Shown here: positions 1-8,972 of the stretch, in pieces
Layout: the number at the start of each line of letters is the position of its first letter
Numbering within the stretch: position 1 is the stretch's first letter
NCBI GenBank assembly: GCA_044347345.1
Contig: JBIKUX010000009.1
Span: forward strand, 1-64,000
Origin: Bdellovibrionota bacterium
GTDB taxonomy: Bacteria > Bdellovibrionota_C > UBA2361 > JBIKUX01
Length of the DNA stretch: 64,000 nucleotides
Direction of reading: 5' to 3'
Notes under the pieces: generated by a model
What the model saw: the letters and a program-made list of their open reading frames with translations, nothing else
Databases searched by the model: none
What the model was told of the DNA's origin: nothing
Program-made: the position numbers and the translations under genes

Positions 1-12
1 AGTAATGGGCAG

Positions 13-1890
13 GTGATGCCCTTTGCTGTATTGGTGTTTATTCCAAGATTTATAGCTGTTCCAACTACACCACTTCCTACGGTTTCAATTCCAGTAACTA
101 AAACACCTGTACCATCTGCTACTCCTATACCTAAAAAAACAACTACAGTTACACCTACACCGATAGCTACTCGTACCGCTACAGTACCCACACCGACATC
201 CACACCCACACCTACACTGACACCTTTACCTACATTAACACCTACTCGTATACCTATAGTACCTACACCAACCAGTGTACCAACAAATACACCAGTACCC
301 ACAGCTACAATAATATCTACTCGAACGCCATCGGTAACACCTTCCGCGACTCCCTTACCGACTATAAGCCCTTTGTTGTGTGAGCCCAGTAAATCTGCCC
401 CACCACCACGAAGGGTTTGGCTATTATCAAATGCTCAATATAGGAATACGTTAAGAGCTTTATTGCCGCTCTCTACTGCCCCTATTTTAGATATAGTTCC
501 TGATTCTGAAAGCACTTACGGAGGAACTCTCTCAGATTTGATGCGACTTGGACGTATGCAAGTAGCCAGATCTGTTGGGAACGCTCAGACTATATCAGCA
601 CATATCCGCCAAAATATTGGTCAATATGTTTCATGCGACCCTCAACTTGAGAGTTGTGTGCAAAACTTTTTAACTACTTTTGGTATGCGGGCTCTCCGAC
701 GACCTCTTACCAGCGCACAGATTGATGGTTTATTAAGAATCTATCGTATTGGAAGGGAGACAAGCGGGGCTCGTGGTTTTGAACTCATGGTTCAAGCATT
801 GATGCAATCTGCCAGTTTTCTTTATCGTAGCGAATTAGGTACTACAAACGGTTCAAATGCCTCTAAGGCGCTATTGTCAGCTTACGAAATTGCTGAATCG
901 TTATCTTATCCTATTATTGATGGTCCTCCTGATAGCGAGCTTATGTCTTTAGCTACAAATGGATCTCTAATGTCAGATTCGATATTTCGTCAACAAGTTT
1001 TACGCTTACTTTCTAGCCCAGTCGGTCAGTCTGTCTATAGTAGATTCGTTGATAATTTACTATCAGCAAGTATGGTTACCCGTATAACAAAAGATCCGAG
1101 TTTAATTCCAACATTTACACAAGATTTAGCGGGAGATATGAGAGAGCAGCTTCGACTTTTTGTTAATGCTGTTGCATCCTCATCTGAGCCCACTATTGCA
1201 TCATTATTGACAAGTAAGACTGCTTTTATTAATCAGCGTACTGCTCCGCTCTACGGTATGTCAGTTACGGGGGGTACTTTTCAATCTACTACTCTACAGA
1301 GCAGTGAACGAGTGGGGTTATTCACTCAACCAGTGTTTGCTGCCATTTACTCTCAATCTGATCATGTTGTACCAACGGCTCGAGGTCGTTTCATATATAC
1401 GCAAATACTATGTCAGCCAATGGGTACACCTCCAACAATTGACCCTAACTCACCAATTGCTAGTCCCTCATTATCACCGCGTGAGCGTCTTCAGTTAATA
1501 AAAGCATACCCTGGTTGCGCATCATGTCATGTAATTGCAGATCCGATTGGATTTGCCTTTGATAAGCTCGACCCAATCGGTGCTGAAAGAACTACATTTA
1601 AAGGTGCTCCTATTGATACAAGTGGCGAGATTACACGAACACGACTAACCAATGGTGCATTTTCAGGAGTGTCTCAACTTATGCAAAGACTTAGTGCGAG
1701 TCGGGAGGTTCGCGAGTGTTTTACCACTCAGTTCGTCAGATTTTCACAAGGTCGAGTTGAAACTGAAGCGGATAGCTGTAGGCTCATTGATGCTCACAAA
1801 GTTGTCGAAAGTAGCGGTGGAACATTAGCCTCACTCGTGGATGCAAGCTTTAATTTGAATGCAATTAAAGAAAGAGCAATCCAGCAATAG
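13..1890 (+). CDS. DUF1592/DUF1595/DUF1588/DUF1585-type (PSD/PSCyt) protein with N-terminal Pro/Thr linker and one CxxCH heme-c motif; probably 5'-partial
   Basis: Motifs RRVWLLSNAQYRNTLRALL, FGMRALRRPLT, LMQSASFLYRSE, LSAYEIAESLSY, PTARGRFI, CASCH...DPIGFAFDKLDPIG. The frame is open back to base 1, so the true start may lie upstream of the window. Confidence 0.85.
   Translation: MMPFAVLVFIPRFIAVPTTPLPTVSIPVTKTPVPSATPIPKKTTTVTPTPIATRTATVPTPTSTPTPTLTPLPTLTPTRIPIVPTPTSVPTNTPVPTATIISTRTPSVTPSATPLPTISPLLCEPSKSAPPPRRVWLLSNAQYRNTLRALLPLSTAPILDIVPDSESTYGGTLSDLMRLGRMQVARSVGNAQTISAHIRQNIGQYVSCDPQLESCVQNFLTTFGMRALRRPLTSAQIDGLLRIYRIGRETSGARGFELMVQALMQSASFLYRSELGTTNGSNASKALLSAYEIAESLSYPIIDGPPDSELMSLATNGSLMSDSIFRQQVLRLLSSPVGQSVYSRFVDNLLSASMVTRITKDPSLIPTFTQDLAGDMREQLRLFVNAVASSSEPTIASLLTSKTAFINQRTAPLYGMSVTGGTFQSTTLQSSERVGLFTQPVFAAIYSQSDHVVPTARGRFIYTQILCQPMGTPPTIDPNSPIASPSLSPRERLQLIKAYPGCASCHVIADPIGFAFDKLDPIGAERTTFKGAPIDTSGEITRTRLTNGAFSGVSQLMQRLSASREVRECFTTQFVRFSQGRVETEADSCRLIDAHKVVESSGGTLASLVDASFNLNAIKERAIQQ
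61..365 (+). repeat. Low-complexity Pro/Thr (PT)n coding repeat, about 100 codons
   Basis: Translation PTTPLPTVSIPVTKTPVPSATP...TPTSTPTPTLTPLPTLTPT; degenerate ACN-CCN repeats in the DNA. Confidence 0.9.
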
Positions 1891-1958
1891 TTAAATTTAA
1901 AGAGACCGAAGTGTGAAGTAATTCATTAAAAATTGCCTAGTGATCAGGAGCCCACAGT

Positions 1959-3341
1959 ATGAACCTTAAAGATTTAATTGGAAATCGAATGTCGCGCCGT
2001 ATGCTGTTTCGAGCTGCTTCTGCTGTTGGTATAGCTCGGTTTCTTCCATCGGTGTTGATTTCTCGGGCAGAAGCCGCTTCAGCTATTCCTCGCCGCATTA
2101 TATTCATTCATTCTCATAATGGGGTAATGCCTTCAGCTTGGAACATGTCTATTAGTAACGGAATGGTTAATCTTGGAGGAGCATACGCCGCACTTAACGC
2201 ACACCGTGCTGATATCAATGTCATAGAGGGGATGCGTTACGTCTCGAGTGGAATGATAGCAGGTCATGTATCAGGAGGTCCGTCTTTTTTAACTAATACC
2301 CGTCTTGATCCTTATGAGCAGAACAACGGTAGTGCTCGAGCTACTGGTCAAAGTGTAGATGTTTTCATCGCACGCGCTCTTGCTTCAAAACTTGGCTTGG
2401 GTATTGATATGCGCGGTCTGCTTTTGCCCATGTCTATGGGAGATCAGTGGGGAGGAGGGGAGCATATCTCATATGAGGCCGCAAAGACTCCTATAAAGGC
2501 AATTTCTGATCCTGCAAAAGCATTTGATCTAGCCTTCGGAAAGCCTCCGCCTTTAGCTATAAAAACAACCACCAACATGACTCCGAACACGTCTTATGAG
2601 TCAAAAGATAGAGAATATCGAGAAAAGAAGAGTGTAATTGATTTTGTTCTCCAGGATTTTGAGAGTATTCGAAGCAAGTTGTCATTAGCTGAGCGCTCTA
2701 AGGTTGAAGAGCATTTTCAAGCGGTGCGTGATATTGAGAAAAATCTTATTCGGCCGGATGAACCTACTGGTGATGGATTTGATGCACCAGCATGCCCGAC
2801 AACTAGGTCATTTTATCAAAATGATCCGGGTAATTTCCGTCGATTTTGCCGTATTGCGATGGAAGCAATGGCTTGTGGTCAAACACAAGTATCTGTTATC
2901 CGGTTTACGGGTGGAGTAATTAACGGAGCCAATGTCAACAACAGTCTTCACCACCAGTGGCACCATGGTGAGGGGTCTAGTCCTGAAGCTAACCACAATC
3001 TAATTACCGCTTGGCAAGCTGAGGAGATTGCTTGGTTACTTTCTGAACTTAAGTCTCGAAAAGAAGCTGGCGTACCTATGCTCGATAATACTCTTGTAGT
3101 ATGGAGTAATGAAATTGGTATCGGCCCCTTCCAAGAACACGGACCAACTAAGTTACCCATTGTACTTGCTGGTCGATGCGGCGGATATTTTACTACCGGA
3201 AAATTTGTGCAAGTACCTCAGAGGTCTCATAGTCAACTTTTAGTAAGCTCAGCTAAAGCTCTAGGAATTGGTGGCAATCTGACAGGCTTCGGTGATATGA
3301 ACGGCTGTAATCCTGGTGAGCTTACTGAGATTAAAGCTTAA
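1959..3341 (+). CDS. DUF1552-family protein with twin-arginine (Tat) signal peptide
   Basis: SRRMLFR Tat motif and AEA cleavage site; PRRIIFIHSHNG, QSVDVFIA, KSVIDFV, KVEEHFQAVRDIEK, HHQWHH, MLDNTLVVWSNEIG, LPIVLAG; AGGAG RBS; follows its usual DUF1592 partner. Confidence 0.85.
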   Translation: MNLKDLIGNRMSRRMLFRAASAVGIARFLPSVLISRAEAASAIPRRIIFIHSHNGVMPSAWNMSISNGMVNLGGAYAALNAHRADINVIEGMRYVSSGMIAGHVSGGPSFLTNTRLDPYEQNNGSARATGQSVDVFIARALASKLGLGIDMRGLLLPMSMGDQWGGGEHISYEAAKTPIKAISDPAKAFDLAFGKPPPLAIKTTTNMTPNTSYESKDREYREKKSVIDFVLQDFESIRSKLSLAERSKVEEHFQAVRDIEKNLIRPDEPTGDGFDAPACPTTRSFYQNDPGNFRRFCRIAMEAMACGQTQVSVIRFTGGVINGANVNNSLHHQWHHGEGSSPEANHNLITAWQAEEIAWLLSELKSRKEAGVPMLDNTLVVWSNEIGIGPFQEHGPTKLPIVLAGRCGGYFTTGKFVQVPQRSHSQLLVSSAKALGIGGNLTGFGDMNGCNPGELTEIKA

Positions 3342-3378
3342 TTAAAGATGACATTTTTAAATTATCTCTGTAATCAAG

Positions 3379-4170
3379 CTACGTAACTCCAAATATCCAT
3401 CCTTCAATTTCAGCACAGATGCGCTCACTGGGGGAAAGGCCAGGATTAAACAATCCCGATAACTCAAGATTATCGGCAAGTAACAAAAGATTAGTAGCGA
3501 GACTAAAAGCATCATGTTGGTCTTGAGTTCGGGTATCTTTAGGAAAATTATTTTTCCATAATGCAGGATAAGCCTCTGTAATCACATGCTTTCCCTCTGG
3601 AGGATTCCAGCCGTCAAAAGGCCAAAAATGAAGTTGGTTGGAAAGATTTTTTCTAAGATACCTAAGCCAGGGAATACCAGCATGAGTAGAGGTAGCTACA
3701 GAGCCTGGAACATCAAAATGAAAGACAGACTTAGCACCAACTCGACGTTCACATAACCTCCGCCATTTAGAATGACCAACCCTGAGTCCTTCCTCGCTAT
3801 CTTGCATACTTGTTCTGATGGATTTTACCGAGGTGCAGCTTTCATCTGTAGGCCAATGATGGGAAAAATCATCAAGAAAATTTTGCCAATCTAGTGGAAG
3901 TTGATATTTATCAAAGTAAGAAAGTGGAAATGAAAATCCGTGATCTATAGCTACTAATGTGGTGGCCTCAAATCTATCACTAAGTTCATTTAGAAGCCAT
4001 TTAGCTATGTGGTATCTACTCCAATGTTTTTGTGAAGTTGTACAGAGCCTTACTTCCGTCGCAGTTTTTCTTAATTCTCCAACTTTTGATTCATAAACCC
4101 TCAGAGTTGGTAAGGGAGATGAGGCAAATTTAGCACCAGAATAATCTATGCCAATAAATCGTTTAAACAT
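3379..4170 (-). CDS. Conserved hypothetical protein, DUF429-like predicted RNase H-fold nuclease
   Basis: N-terminal FIGIDYSGA strand, VAIDHGFSFP, HFWPFDGW, ITEAYPAL, DQHDAF and terminal EGWIFGV: the acidic-residue pattern of this family. Confidence 0.6.
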   Translation of the reverse strand: MFKRFIGIDYSGAKFASSPLPTLRVYESKVGELRKTATEVRLCTTSQKHWSRYHIAKWLLNELSDRFEATTLVAIDHGFSFPLSYFDKYQLPLDWQNFLDDFSHHWPTDESCTSVKSIRTSMQDSEEGLRVGHSKWRRLCERRVGAKSVFHFDVPGSVATSTHAGIPWLRYLRKNLSNQLHFWPFDGWNPPEGKHVITEAYPALWKNNFPKDTRTQDQHDAFSLATNLLLLADNLELSGLFNPGLSPSERICAEIEGWIFGVT

Positions 4171-4225
4171 TCCTTATCCATGTCATACAGCCAGAATGGT
4201 ACAGTGGTGATAATTGTCTTCTCAG

Positions 4226-4253
4226 TGAAGAATATTTTTGATACTGCCGACAC
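4226..4253 (+). promoter_or_regulatory. Putative sigma28 (FliA)-like promoter of the histidine kinase
   Basis: TGAAG-N15-GCCGACAC, 36 nt before the ATG at 4290. Confidence 0.35.
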
Positions 4254-4289
4254 CCTCTATTATTACACAGTACGAATTATTTGGATTCC

Positions 4290-6128
4290 ATGGCACGCAA
4301 AACGAAGTTTGTCTTTATAGTTTTGAGCATGGTGTGCGCAATCCTTCCTCTCGCCTTGCATCAGTTATGTGAACCACCGTTTTGTAATTATCAGGATTTA
4401 CTGCTCCCAATTTTGATAGGTTCAAGCGGTTGGATAGTAGTTGCTCTTTTAGCGTGTCGCGTGATTGATGTGAATAGAGCAGTAGGGCAGTTAGCCATAC
4501 AAGTTCGCTTGCCAGATGTGCCTTTTGACGCCTTGAAAACTACTACACTAATTAGTGCCGAGCTTGAGCAACGTGAGCGAGCCGTTGCGATAAATTTCGG
4601 AGAATCAGAGATAAGCTCTTCTACAGAATTATCTTCTGCACTTCTCGCCATTGCCCAAGGAGTTTACGGTGCCGTAGGAGCAGAAGCTGTTGAGATTGCG
4701 CTATTTGATGAGTCTTCACACCATTATCACTCAGGTATACTTTTTGGTCGATCAATTCATGCTGCTACTCAAGCGATGTTAGTGTCTGCATCAAAGGAGG
4801 AGGTAGTTAGTCCTTTTGTTGTGACACAAAGAATGCATTTTGCTGGAACTTTTCTCGGTACCTTAAGAGTTCAATTACCAACTAAAAGCATACCCACTCC
4901 ACGAGACAGAGAGATGATTGCTCTTTTTGCACTTCATGGATGTGTGGCGCTACTTAATGCAAGATTTACCGAGGACCTTCAGGCGATGCGGGCTTTTTCA
5001 GATGAGGGAGTTCGCGCTCGCACTGGATTTTTGGCAAATTTAAGTCATGAGCTTAGAGGTCCGCTTGGACTGATGCTTAATGGTGTTGAGTTAGTTCGTG
5101 ATGAATTATGTGGTGAAATAAACGATGAACAGAAAAAGCTTCTAGATATTGTTCTTTCAAGTAGCTCGCATCTCTTAGATTTAATGAACGATGTTCTCGA
5201 TTACGCTAAAGCTGAATGCGGTCGAAGCGAGCCTCGACCAGAAAGTTTATCATTAAAGAAACTATTACCTGAACTTGGTGCAGTGGTTCGACCTCAAGCT
5301 GAAGCAAAAGGCCACAAGTTAATAGTTCAAGATATTACTGATGAATTACCGGTTTTTTGCGATAAAAGACATCTTAGGCAGGTTTTAATCAATCTCCTAA
5401 CTAACGCAGTAAAGTATACCAAAGAGGGAGGGCAGATAGTTTTAGATGCATGTGCTGAACCTCAAGGTCGAGTGCGTATATCAGTTACAGATACAGGAGT
5501 TGGTATACCTAAGGAAGATCGAGATAAAGTGTTTCGAGCATTTGAGCGATTAGAAGATTCGTACGCTAAGCTACAAGTTGGTACAGGCTTGGGTCTATCC
5601 TTAACAAAGAAGTTAGTTTTGTTGAATGGAGGAATTATTGATTTTGTTTCTTCTTGTGGCAAGGGCTCCACTTTTTGGATTATCTTACCACGGGGAGATG
5701 ATCGCATTAGTTATCAAGTTGAAGAGCAGCTCTCTAAGCAGTCTCCTAATATTATCCACCATGGCAGCGAGATAGCTTTTGTTGGAGATGCAGACAGTAA
5801 TTCAGAAATGGTGGCTCTTTATCTTAATTCGATAGGCTTTTCTCTGCGTGTTTACGGGCGAGAAACATTTTCTCTTAAACGTATACCAAAATGGCAGGCT
5901 GATCCTCAAATAGTTCTAGTAGATGAAAGTGCTGGAGAAGATATAGCCGAGTTGCTCGCTCGAGAATACTCGGGACGAGCAGTTTTATATCTTACTAGTG
6001 ACGCTTTTGCGGTGGCTATAGAAAGGTCTTTGCGGATTGGGGTGGAAAGATGCCTAGTAAAGCCTGTTAATCTGCAAATGCTTGCTTGCATCTGTGATGA
6101 AGCGATTGGAAGATTTAACCCAACGTGA
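4290..6128 (+). CDS. Membrane-anchored hybrid sensor histidine kinase (2 TM, GAF-like, HisKA, HATPase, C-terminal receiver)
   Basis: H-box LSHELRGPL, N-box LINLLTNAVKYT, G1 VTDTGVGI, G2 GTGLGLSL; receiver IVLVD...YLTS...LVKPV. ATG at 4290 preferred over TTG at 4281. Confidence 0.9.
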   Translation: MARKTKFVFIVLSMVCAILPLALHQLCEPPFCNYQDLLLPILIGSSGWIVVALLACRVIDVNRAVGQLAIQVRLPDVPFDALKTTTLISAELEQRERAVAINFGESEISSSTELSSALLAIAQGVYGAVGAEAVEIALFDESSHHYHSGILFGRSIHAATQAMLVSASKEEVVSPFVVTQRMHFAGTFLGTLRVQLPTKSIPTPRDREMIALFALHGCVALLNARFTEDLQAMRAFSDEGVRARTGFLANLSHELRGPLGLMLNGVELVRDELCGEINDEQKKLLDIVLSSSSHLLDLMNDVLDYAKAECGRSEPRPESLSLKKLLPELGAVVRPQAEAKGHKLIVQDITDELPVFCDKRHLRQVLINLLTNAVKYTKEGGQIVLDACAEPQGRVRISVTDTGVGIPKEDRDKVFRAFERLEDSYAKLQVGTGLGLSLTKKLVLLNGGIIDFVSSCGKGSTFWIILPRGDDRISYQVEEQLSKQSPNIIHHGSEIAFVGDADSNSEMVALYLNSIGFSLRVYGRETFSLKRIPKWQADPQIVLVDESAGEDIAELLAREYSGRAVLYLTSDAFAVAIERSLRIGVERCLVKPVNLQMLACICDEAIGRFNPT

Positions 6129-7520
6129 CGGTTAAAACAGCCGAATCTTGCTTTTGCTCCTCATTCGGTTTTGAGTTATCGTCGGTAAATAGGGTAAACA
6201 AAAGTTGACCATTATTCTCTGCTCGCAGTGTCACTGTCATAGCTTCAAAATTATCTATAATTTTTTTGTCCTGAGCTGTCTCAACCGGGATGCCTTTTGA
6301 AATTAGGTCTGAAAAACGTCCAAGGTCACCTGGTTCTGCAAGTCCAAATAATATAGTTTGAGTGACACTATTAACCCCACCGCTATCCCCACCGCTATCC
6401 CGACCACCAAAGGTAAGTCTTGATATCACACTGAAGTTGACTTGTTTTTCCTTATCATATCCGGTGAAAAGAGCAAAGGCAGAGTTAGGGTCGCGTGGAT
6501 CAGGCTTAAGTTCGCGAAGAGCAATGCCCGGTATTGGGGGATCTATTAAAAATTTCTCTCCGGTTAGAGAGAGGGGGTTATTAGAGTCATCAAGGCTTCG
6601 CGCTACATAGAGAGATATCTGTTTTTCTCCATTATTAAGTGGCTCTTCAAGGCCGATAATGAAGCCGGCTTCGGTACCTTCTTGTTTTGCAAGCTCACTA
6701 TTAGGATGAACAGCTAAGAGTGCCTCTGGACCTCTGTAGGACTACTAGGTTGTGGCTTAGCATAAGCTACTGTTTCACTAGCAGTGACCGCTATGTCTTG
6801 TAAATAATTATCTAAAGTTAAATTTCCATCAAAATATTTATTTAATAGAAAAACCGCTTGTTCTTGCGAGAGTTGTCCGCGTTCAATAGTAGCGGCTAAT
6901 GCAGTATCAGTTAGATACCAAACGGTATTATATTCTCCTTGTTCAAATAAAGAGTTAAGTTTTAAAATTACATCAGATGAGTTCGAAAAGTATTCCTTAA
7001 ATTTAGTTAAGGTACGTTCTGCTCTTACTTTTTCTGGCGTAGCTTGACTAGGTTGCGACGGAGGTTGTGATTGTGCTTGAGGAGGTTGTGATTCCGATTC
7101 ATTTGGTGATTGAGGTATTTCAGGCGTTTGAGGAGCTTGTGGCGTGGTATCTGAAGAAATTTTCTTAACAGCCTCTAGAAATTTTTGCTCAATATATTTT
7201 TCTATTTTCTCTGGGGTGGCTACTGCAAGTTCTAGAATTTCTCGTGAAGTTAAAGTAAAAGAAACTGTAACAGCATTAGTTGTGTTAGGTGTACTTACTT
7301 CCGCTGAGATTTGAAAATCTTTTTGATTAGTTGTAGTTACAGCTACGTTTCCTACTTCCAAAGTATCTTTAGCATCTATATTGACTAAAGCTTTGTTGAT
7401 CTGTGTTTCATAAGAGAGTAGTTGCTGGGCTTTAGATAAATCTAGGACGGGTGTTAAATTTTTAGAAGGTTCTTGTGCTTGTTGTTGTTCTTGTTGTGTT
7501 TGGCTAGAGTTATTTGTCAT
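6115..7520 (-). pseudogene. Orphan hypothetical gene (about 465 aa if repaired) interrupted by a frameshift near 6723-6738
   Basis: ORF 7520-6714 stops at TAG, but a second frame is stop-free from 6741 to 6115 (208 codons) with no start codon in its first 104 codons. Deleting one unit of the imperfect 8-bp tandem repeat CCTCTGGA/CCTCTGTA joins them in frame. Confidence 0.65.
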
Positions 7521-7658
7521 ATAGATAGCCCTATGTTTAGTAGGAACTTACTTACCGGTTTATATTCTCATAATTTCACGAGATGGTTATTTAACAAGTC
7601 CCATAAAAGAGTAAATCTGCTTCAACAGTAGGAAACTCTTGCCTCTTCTTGCGTTCCC

Positions 7659-7735
7659 TAAAAAATGCGTATTCAGGCACCGATTATCTTAGTTTTTACT
7701 CTTATGACTTAAGTAATTAAATAATTAGCCGAACA
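7659..7735 (+). promoter_or_regulatory. Two tandem sigma28-like promoter candidates
   Basis: TAAAA-N15-ACCGATTA (7659-7686) and TTAAG-N14-GCCGAACA (7709-7735) upstream of ORF 7803. Confidence 0.35.
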
Positions 7736-7802
7736 AATAAATAGTTAACATTAAGTCTTAGGATTGATTTGACTTTACCTCAGGGTAAACGAGAAAAGCG
7801 GC

Positions 7803-8087
7803 ATGAACGATAACGATGAAATTGGCAGTGCTCTAGGTGTTGCCTACGAAGATTTTGAACCAGACGATCCGGCTGCCCCTGAAAGATGTCTTTTAGTTGC
7901 CGTACTAATAAACGCTCTGTCTGACCTTGAAAAACAAGGCTCCTCAGGGCGATTAGCAAGACAATTTTTTATGAGTACTGAAGATGACTACCTGTTTTCT
8001 TTTAGGAGTATATGTTCATTTCTTGAAGTAGATCCTAAACGTGTACTAACTGTTATTGGACTTAACAAGAAAAGTGAAAATATCTAA
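7803..8087 (+). CDS. Small conserved hypothetical protein (PE-R-L-x-AVL...FSF-x-x-IC-x-x-L-x-x-DP type)
   Basis: PERCLLVAVLINALSDL...YLFSFRSICSFLEVDP matches my recollection of an uncharacterised small-protein family of deltaproteobacteria-like lineages. Confidence 0.7.
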   Translation: MNDNDEIGSALGVAYEDFEPDDPAAPERCLLVAVLINALSDLEKQGSSGRLARQFFMSTEDDYLFSFRSICSFLEVDPKRVLTVIGLNKKSENI

Positions 8088-8122
8088 CCTACTAGGATAT
8101 CTCTATCTCTATAGCGAACTTT

Positions 8123-8845
8123 TTGGTACATAACCTAGCGGTATATTTTCTAAAAATTTTTTACCTGTTTTATGTTAGAGCGGTGATACTTAAATACGAT
8201 TTAAAAATAAGAGGTTCTCTCGACACTCCTCTGGTAACATTACTTCATGGTAGAGCACACAGTATGGAGGTAATGTCGATTTTTGTTAGAGCTTTACCCG
8301 ACCACTGGAACATTCTTTATGTTCAAGCACCTATACCAGATGCTCAAGGGGGGTGGTGCTGGTGGGATATAAGCCAAGATAAAACCGGTGAGTTGATTGA
8401 GAGTCAAAAAAAAGTCTTACCGTTACTTGCTGGTACTATTGAATTTGTATTGAAAAAGTACTCGCTATCTCCACTACTTTCAGTTCTTCTGGGATTTTCT
8501 CAAGGGGCTGCTACTAGCATGCTATTGTTACAGATGTTTATGAATCGTTGGGATGGTGTTGCGAGTATGGGAGGATTTGTCCCAAAGCTAGCAGAAGGTT
8601 TATTGGAAGTTGGTTTAGAAAAAAATGTCAGAAAAACAAGTATTCTCTTCCTACATGGTACAGAAGATTTAGTTATTCCGGTGCAGAAAGCTGAGGAGGG
8701 AGTCGAATTTTTAAAATCTCGTGGTTTTACCGATATTTCCCTTTTTACAGAACCAGTTGGTCATAAAGTGGGTGCTCGTAGCATGCGGGTACTTAAAGAA
8801 TGGTTAGTAAATTTGTCTGGCAAGCATGTAACCAATCCAAGCTAA
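8123..8845 (+). CDS. Phospholipase/carboxylesterase-family alpha/beta hydrolase (start uncertain, may be GTG at 8183)
   Basis: LLHG oxyanion motif, nucleophile GFSQG, HGTEDLVIP and GH complete the Ser-Asp-His triad. Confidence 0.85.
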   Translation: MVHNLAVYFLKIFYLFYVRAVILKYDLKIRGSLDTPLVTLLHGRAHSMEVMSIFVRALPDHWNILYVQAPIPDAQGGWCWWDISQDKTGELIESQKKVLPLLAGTIEFVLKKYSLSPLLSVLLGFSQGAATSMLLLQMFMNRWDGVASMGGFVPKLAEGLLEVGLEKNVRKTSILFLHGTEDLVIPVQKAEEGVEFLKSRGFTDISLFTEPVGHKVGARSMRVLKEWLVNLSGKHVTNPS

Positions 8846-8882
8846 GAAACATCTGAACAAAAGCAGGTACAGCTAAAGATTA

Positions 8883-8910
8883 TTAAGGCACTATGTATTT
8901 TCCCCGATTA
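8883..8910 (+). promoter_or_regulatory. Putative sigma28-like promoter of the flagellin-like gene
   Basis: TTAAG-N15-CCCGATTA directly upstream of a flagellin-like ORF. Confidence 0.45.
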
Positions 8911-8972
8911 ACCTATGGGGTGTGCTAACAGTAACGGAGGGGTTTTTAAAAAAAAGCGAAGGCTTTACCGAA

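Noticed and set aside
6362..6610. 82-aa plus-strand ORF
   Set aside because: It is antisense to the longer stop-free minus-strand frame 6741-6115, which explains the region better.
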